DNA from: Sphingobacteriaceae bacterium | GTDB lineage: Bacteria; Bacteroidota; Bacteroidia; B-17B0; Aurantibacillaceae | Assembly: GCA_046345155.1 (NCBI GenBank) | Contig: JBKDKI010000003.1 | Span: forward strand, 2,026-66,025 | DNA length: 64,000 bases | Direction of reading: 5' to 3' | In this document: one piece after another, positions 58,988 to 64,000 of the stretch | Position numbering within the stretch: position 1 is the stretch's first letter | How the letters are laid out: each line of letters begins with the position of its first letter | The notes under the pieces: generated by a model | Databases searched by the model: none | Told to the model about the DNA's origin: nothing | The model's input: the letters and a program-made list of their open reading frames with translations, nothing else | Translations under genes and position numbers: made by a program

Positions 58988-59326
58988 TCATAGGCTGCTT
59001 ATTGGTTTGTAGATCAGTTTTATTTCTGGGAAAAGTTCCTGATCAAGGTTTTTAAAGAACTCTCTGTAATATTGGCCTTCTTTTTTAAGTGCATGAATGA
59101 ATTCGTAAACTAATTGGTTTTCATTCAAACTTTCACTTAAATGTTTACTGCAAACTTCAATATAAATACACAATTGCTCACGATGCTTTTTTAATGGGAG
59201 TGATCTTATTGAAAATTGTTTTATTTGATGGTTGAGGTCATCAATACTAAATAACGCTTTTTTAATGGTTGATACGTTTAAATTGTAACCGCAAATACTA
59301 ATTGTTTCTGTTCCTGAATTCTCCAT
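58988..59326 (-). CDS. Hypothetical helical protein (112 aa)
   Basis: ATG ORF divergent from an HTH regulator. No family recognised. Confidence 0.55.
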   Translation of the reverse strand: MENSGTETISICGYNLNVSTIKKALFSIDDLNHQIKQFSIRSLPLKKHREQLCIYIEVCSKHLSESLNENQLVYEFIHALKKEGQYYREFFKNLDQELFPEIKLIYKPISSL

Positions 59327-59539
59327 TGCTACATTTTTTATACTGTAAAATTCTTATTACAGCATCGTTTTTGCCAATTGAATTACATGTTTTAACTTCT
59401 TTTTTTAAATGAAATTTGATTTAAATTTTCAATAGAAGGGTTTGCCAACAAGGTTTTTGCAGAAATAAATTCCACCTTATATTAATTTGCATTTTTCGCA
59501 ATTATCATGTAGGTTTAATATGAAATTTTCCTAATAAAA

Positions 59540-60529
59540 ATGAGCAATAAAAAGTTAAAAGCGGGTATACAAGAAGTGTTTGTTAAAACACTAAAAGAAT
59601 TAGTACCGCCTAATGTATCATTGGTTGATGAAATTGCAGATATTTTAGGTGTAAGTACGGATAGTGTTTACAGGCGTTTGCGCGGCGAAACAGATTTTAG
59701 TTTAGAAGAGATCTATGTGATCTGCAAGAAGTATCCAATTTCAATCGATTCTTTGTTTTCTCATAAAGGTGATTACGCAACCTTCGGATACTTAACGCTT
59801 AATGATTCTATTTCAAATTTTGAACGCTACTTGCAACACTTAACCAAACATTTGATCAACGTTGGTAAATTCGAAAAAAATGGTTTGATCTATGCCGCAG
59901 AAGAAGTGCCTATTTTTCATTCCTTATTCTCAAAAAAACTGGCATCGTTCAAAGTGTTCTATTGGTTAAGAAGTGTTGTGAATTTGCAAGATTACCAAGC
60001 AAAAAAATTCAGTTACGATATTATCCCTAATCATGTTTTAGAATTGGCTCAGCAAGTTCATGATGAATACATGAAGGTGCCCAGTAAAGAAATATGGACA
60101 GTTGACACCATTTTAACTACTGTTAGGCAAATAGAATATTATTGGGATCTTGGTATGTTTAAAAACAAGGAAGCCGCTCATGAAATACTGGATGAATTAA
60201 AGCTGATGGTTGATAATTTGAGTGTGTATGCCGAAACAGAAAAAAAAGGAAATAGTGGCGGATCTTTTCAATTATATAATAGCGAGGTAACAATTGGAAC
60301 TAATTGTATTCATGTGAATATTAATGAATCAAACTACAGCTTCATTTCTTTTAATACCATTAATTCATTATCCACCGCTAATCAAACCTTTTGTGGTGAG
60401 ATAGATTCATGGATGAAAAACCTCATAAAGAAATCTATACTGATCAGTGGCTCTAATGACAAGCAGCGCTATCAGTTCTTTAATAAAGCCATTGCACATA
60501 TCGAAGCAAGCAAAGAGCGTATAAAATAG
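59540..60529 (+). CDS. HTH-containing putative transcriptional regulator
   Basis: N-terminal LVDEIADILGVSTDSVYRRLRGETDFSLEE HTH, followed by a ~250-aa C-terminal domain of unknown function. Confidence 0.8.
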   Translation: MSNKKLKAGIQEVFVKTLKELVPPNVSLVDEIADILGVSTDSVYRRLRGETDFSLEEIYVICKKYPISIDSLFSHKGDYATFGYLTLNDSISNFERYLQHLTKHLINVGKFEKNGLIYAAEEVPIFHSLFSKKLASFKVFYWLRSVVNLQDYQAKKFSYDIIPNHVLELAQQVHDEYMKVPSKEIWTVDTILTTVRQIEYYWDLGMFKNKEAAHEILDELKLMVDNLSVYAETEKKGNSGGSFQLYNSEVTIGTNCIHVNINESNYSFISFNTINSLSTANQTFCGEIDSWMKNLIKKSILISGSNDKQRYQFFNKAIAHIEASKERIK

Positions 60530-60607
60530 ACCAACTACTTTTAAAAGTGATAAAAATCATTTTTTAACAAAGCGTATTTTTCTAAATTGTGTTAACTAAA
60601 GTTTAAT

Positions 60608-60946
60608 ATGATCAAAGAAGAAAAATATGAGCAATTGTACCAAAAGGCAAAGCTATGGTACGAACAACATAAAACCTTTTCTGATATTCAGGAAATGTTG
60701 ATCAAGGAATCAAACGATCATATTACCTCCGAAGAGATCGTAAAACAATTAAAACTGATACATTACGCCAATAAACGTAAAAGAGGCGCCATGATCATTT
60801 TAACCGGTTCAATTCTATTGCTGATCGGTTTTATCATGACGGTTTCTAACTTTTATGCCAATACATCCTTTGCCTGGGTAATGTATGGATTTACATCAGC
60901 CGGTTTACTTGTTATTTTTGCAGGATTATACGATTGCTTTGGTTAG
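60608..60946 (+). CDS. Hypothetical membrane protein (2 C-terminal TM)
   Basis: Hydrophobic segments GAMIILTGSILLLIGFIMTV and FAWVMYGFTSAGLLVIFAGLY. Confidence 0.75.
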   Translation: MIKEEKYEQLYQKAKLWYEQHKTFSDIQEMLIKESNDHITSEEIVKQLKLIHYANKRKRGAMIILTGSILLLIGFIMTVSNFYANTSFAWVMYGFTSAGLLVIFAGLYDCFG

Positions 60947-60948
60947 TA

Positions 60949-61326
60949 CTAGTTTGTACTAACTGTATTCGCCTCTCTGTATGATAAAATAAACTTCGTT
61001 AATTTATCTTTTTCAGCTGCTGTTAGCTCAGCCTTTGGCGACATGTCATCGATCTCATGCTTCCATTTTTTCTCACTGAATTTGGTGATCTCAAAATTCT
61101 CATGACATTTCGAACATTTTTCACGGTAAATGGTATTTCCTTCTTTTAATTCTGCTAATGTAGCAGTTGGCCACGTTTTTTGAGCCACTGCTAATTCTCT
61201 TTCTGTTGGGTTGAACTTCACAACTACTGGTTTAGGAGCTTCTTTCGGAGCTTCTTTAGTGGTTTCTTTTTTTGTTTTGCAATTCACTAAAATAATTGCA
61301 GCAACTATTGCCAATGCGTATTTCAT
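60949..61326 (-). CDS. Small monoheme c-type cytochrome lipoprotein
   Basis: Lipobox IILVNC, GNTIYREKCSKCH (CxxCH), distal Met in IDDMSPKA. Confidence 0.85.
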   Translation of the reverse strand: MKYALAIVAAIILVNCKTKKETTKEAPKEAPKPVVVKFNPTERELAVAQKTWPTATLAELKEGNTIYREKCSKCHENFEITKFSEKKWKHEIDDMSPKAELTAAEKDKLTKFILSYREANTVSTN

Positions 61327-61327
61327 A

Positions 61328-62053
61328 TTATTTACTTGGTTTTAAAAATTCAGTTAATGCTTTCCAGTATTCTTTATTATTGCTATTGTTTTCCCATAAA
61401 GCTTTTGAGCCGTGCTTCCCTTCCTTAGCAGGTTTAAAGAAAACCATTTTTTTGTTATCTACACCATCCAACAAAGCGGTGGTATTTTTGATCTCTTCTT
61501 GCGAGCAAGTAATAAATACAGGCGTTTCTAGTTTTTGCAGACTTTTATTAATGATCTTATCATCTTTAAAATATTCACCCGGACTAAACGAAACAACCAT
61601 CTCAACTTTGTCTTTTTCTTCTGAAGCTATTTTTAAGATCAATGATGATGAATACGAACTGCCAACTAAGATTATTTTTTTGCCGTATTTTTCAAATAAA
61701 AAATACAATGCAGCTTTAATATCCTGCTCGGCGTTTTCAAATTCAGTTGGTAATCCCTGATCCTTTGCATTGCGAGCCGTTAAATTCACATCGTCGTTAA
61801 CCGCTTCACCCGATCGCTGATCGATGGCTAAACAGGTATAACCCAATTTATTGAATTTTGGTGCAGTTTCTTTATACTCTCCTTTGCTGTACTTCGCCTG
61901 GTGACAAAGTAACATCACCTTTCCATTCGGGTTTTTGCTTTCGTAAAGTTCACCATGTATCAGCACTCCATCCAGTGAAGGCATTACCTGATCGGTTTGC
62001 GAATTACAAAACGTAAGAACAAAAAAGAATAATATGAAAAAACGAAGCTTCAT
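61328..62053 (-). CDS. Secreted alpha/beta hydrolase (dienelactone hydrolase-like)
   Basis: LCHQA, AIDQRSG, VGSSYSS elbow, FSPG, HGSKALW. Confidence 0.85.
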   Translation of the reverse strand: MKLRFFILFFFVLTFCNSQTDQVMPSLDGVLIHGELYESKNPNGKVMLLCHQAKYSKGEYKETAPKFNKLGYTCLAIDQRSGEAVNDDVNLTARNAKDQGLPTEFENAEQDIKAALYFLFEKYGKKIILVGSSYSSSLILKIASEEKDKVEMVVSFSPGEYFKDDKIINKSLQKLETPVFITCSQEEIKNTTALLDGVDNKKMVFFKPAKEGKHGSKALWENNSNNKEYWKALTEFLKPSK

Positions 62054-62054
62054 A

Positions 62055-64000
62055 TTATTTACTTAAGTATAAATTACGTTCGCTGTAAATGTTCTGGAAA
62101 TACTCATCAAACAGATCTTCAATAAAGTAAATTGCTTCACCTGTTGATTTCATTTCAGGACCTAATTCCTTTTGTACCTCAGGGAATTTCTCATAGCTGA
62201 ATACCGGAATTTTGATAGCGTATCCTTTTTTCTTTGGTGCAAATTTGAAATCTTTTACTTTAGCACCGAGCATTACTTTGGTTGCATAATTCACATAAGG
62301 CTCATCGTAAGCTTTTGCAATAAAAGGTACGGTACGGCTTGCACGCGGATTCGCTTCAATAATATAAACCACTTCATCCTTCACGGCAAACTGAATGTTT
62401 ATCAATCCAACTGTTTTTAAAGCAACCGCAATGGTTTTTGTATGTTGTTCAATTTGCTTGATCACATTCTCGCTCAGATCAAATGGAGGTAACACCGCGT
62501 AGCTATCACCACTATGAATACCTGCTGGCTCAATGTGCTCCATGATACCAACAATGTAAACATCTTTTCCATCACAAATAGCATCAGCCTCTGCTTCAAT
62601 GGCTCCTTCTAAAAAATGATCCAATAATACTTTGTTATCCGGCAGATCGTTCAATAATTTAACTACGTGTTGTTCTAATTCTTCTTCGTTTATAACGATC
62701 TTCATGCTTTGACCACCTAATACGTAACTCGGACGAACCAATAACGGGAAACCTAATTCTTTTGATAACGAAATAGCTTCTTCCGCATCTTGGATCACAC
62801 CAAATTTCGGATAAGGAATATTATTATCTTTTAATAAGGTTGAGAAACTTCCTCTGTCTTCTGCAAGGTCTAACGATTTAAAATCTGTTCCAATGATCTT
62901 GATACCGTAACGATCTAACTTCTCTGCTAATTTCAATGCTGTTTGTCCGCCTAATTGAACAATAACCCCTTCCGGTTTTTCATGTTGAATGATGTCGTAA
63001 ATATGCTCCCAGAAAACCGGTTCAAAATATAATTTATCGGCAGTAGAAAAATCGGTTGAAACAGTTTCCGGATTACAATTGATCATGATCGTTTCATAAC
63101 CTAATTCTTTTGCAGCCAATACACCGTGCACACAACTGTAATCAAACTCAATACCTTGTCCGATACGGTTTGGACCGCTTCCCAAGATCACCACTTTCTT
63201 TTTATCTGAACGTACACTCTCATTTTCATCTTCAAAGGTAGAGTAGTAGTAAGGCGTTTTCGCTTCAAATTCAGCTGCACAGGTATCTACTAATTTAAAT
63301 ACACGCTTAATGCCAAATTCATTTCGCTTGTTATAAACTTCACTTTCCAAACAATCTAATAAATGCGCAACCTGACGATCAGCATAACCTTTTTGTTTAG
63401 CTTCATACAACAGATCTTTTGAGATGTTGCTCAACTTATGTTTTGAAATTTCATTTTCCAATGCGATCATCTCTTCAATTTGTTGAAGGAACCACATATC
63501 AATGCGTGTGAGCTTTTGAATGGTTTTGATAGAGATACCCAATTTCATGGCATCATAGATCATGAATAAACGATTCCAGCTCGGACGCTCTAATGCTTTT
63601 AATAATTCAGCCTGATTCGTGATCTCTTTTCCATCTGCACCTAATCCGTTACGTTTGATCTCTAAACTCTGACATGCTTTTTGTAAAGCCTCTTGGAAAC
63701 TTCTTCCAATACCCATTACCTCACCAACCGATTTCATTTGAAAACCTAATTCGCGGTTACTGCCTTTGAACTTATCAAAGTTCCAACGTGGGATCTTAAC
63801 GATCACATAATCTAAGGTTGGTTCAAAATATGCTGAGGTTGATTTGGTGATCTGATTGATCAACTCATCTAATTGATAACCGATGGCTAATTTACTGGCA
63901 ATACGCGCGATCGGATAACCGGTTGCTTTACTTGCTAGCGCAGATGAACGCGACACACGTGGGTTGATCTCAATAGCAATGATATCTTCTTTATCATCAT
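62055..64000 (-). CDS. carB: Carbamoyl-phosphate synthase large subunit (5' part beyond window)
   Basis: The frame stays open to the window edge: IEINPRVSRSSALASKATG, MKSVGEVM, GSGPNRIGQGIEFDY, NCNPETVSTD, GIHSGDS, IEANPRASRT, LGPEMKSTGE. Confidence 0.97.
   Translation of the reverse strand, partial: DDKEDIIAIEINPRVSRSSALASKATGYPIARIASKLAIGYQLDELINQITKSTSAYFEPTLDYVIVKIPRWNFDKFKGSNRELGFQMKSVGEVMGIGRSFQEALQKACQSLEIKRNGLGADGKEITNQAELLKALERPSWNRLFMIYDAMKLGISIKTIQKLTRIDMWFLQQIEEMIALENEISKHKLSNISKDLLYEAKQKGYADRQVAHLLDCLESEVYNKRNEFGIKRVFKLVDTCAAEFEAKTPYYYSTFEDENESVRSDKKKVVILGSGPNRIGQGIEFDYSCVHGVLAAKELGYETIMINCNPETVSTDFSTADKLYFEPVFWEHIYDIIQHEKPEGVIVQLGGQTALKLAEKLDRYGIKIIGTDFKSLDLAEDRGSFSTLLKDNNIPYPKFGVIQDAEEAISLSKELGFPLLVRPSYVLGGQSMKIVINEEELEQHVVKLLNDLPDNKVLLDHFLEGAIEAEADAICDGKDVYIVGIMEHIEPAGIHSGDSYAVLPPFDLSENVIKQIEQHTKTIAVALKTVGLINIQFAVKDEVVYIIEANPRASRTVPFIAKAYDEPYVNYATKVMLGAKVKDFKFAPKKKGYAIKIPVFSYEKFPEVQKELGPEMKSTGEAIYFIEDLFDEYFQNIYSERNLYLSK

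Noticed and set aside
4118-62420. Many 60-155 aa alternative-frame or antisense ORFs in the track (e.g. 4118-4345, 7425-7679, 12552-12758, 23039-23455, 40689-41030, 45133-45600, 61296-61760)
   Set aside because: They are nested in or antisense to well-supported genes and have no motifs, so they are shadow ORFs.

Overview
Bacteroidota chromosome segment, judged from TAnnTTTG/TTTG promoters, a T9SS C-terminal domain and typical gene synteny. It has two parts. (1) About 1-13.6 kb looks like an accessory island integrated at the 3' end of ssrA (tmRNA, minus strand, 13646-14010). It carries a NarL/LuxR response regulator, a T2SS/type-IV-pilus-like assembly module (GspE/PilB ATPase, secretin, GspL/M/C-like proteins, an FN3 lipoprotein; no GspF, pilin or prepilin peptidase in the window), several orphan ORFs, a 10-bp-phased TGCT(G/T)AA repeat array, an XRE repressor with a perfect 22-bp palindrome, and an excisionase-like HTH plus an atypical tyrosine integrase next to ssrA. 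The left boundary of the island is not in the window. (2) About 14-64 kb is mostly housekeeping: S41 peptidase, saccharopine/alanine dehydrogenase-like enzyme, POTRA/BamA-like OMP, CBS protein, pdxJ, rlmI-like methyltransferase, bioBFDA, PAP2, tamB, tsaD, ABC-F, pssA-like, metK, tcdA, TatD, FAD oxidase, giant TraB/GumN, rsmI-like, 7TM-HD phosphodiesterase, wza-wzc-rmlC-wecA-like, SLT, uvrA, purD and partial carB. It also holds a tandem pair of Reeler-like proteins with CX4CH motifs, a very cationic secreted protein and a structured metK leader. All calls come from reading the sequence by eye; no searches were run.
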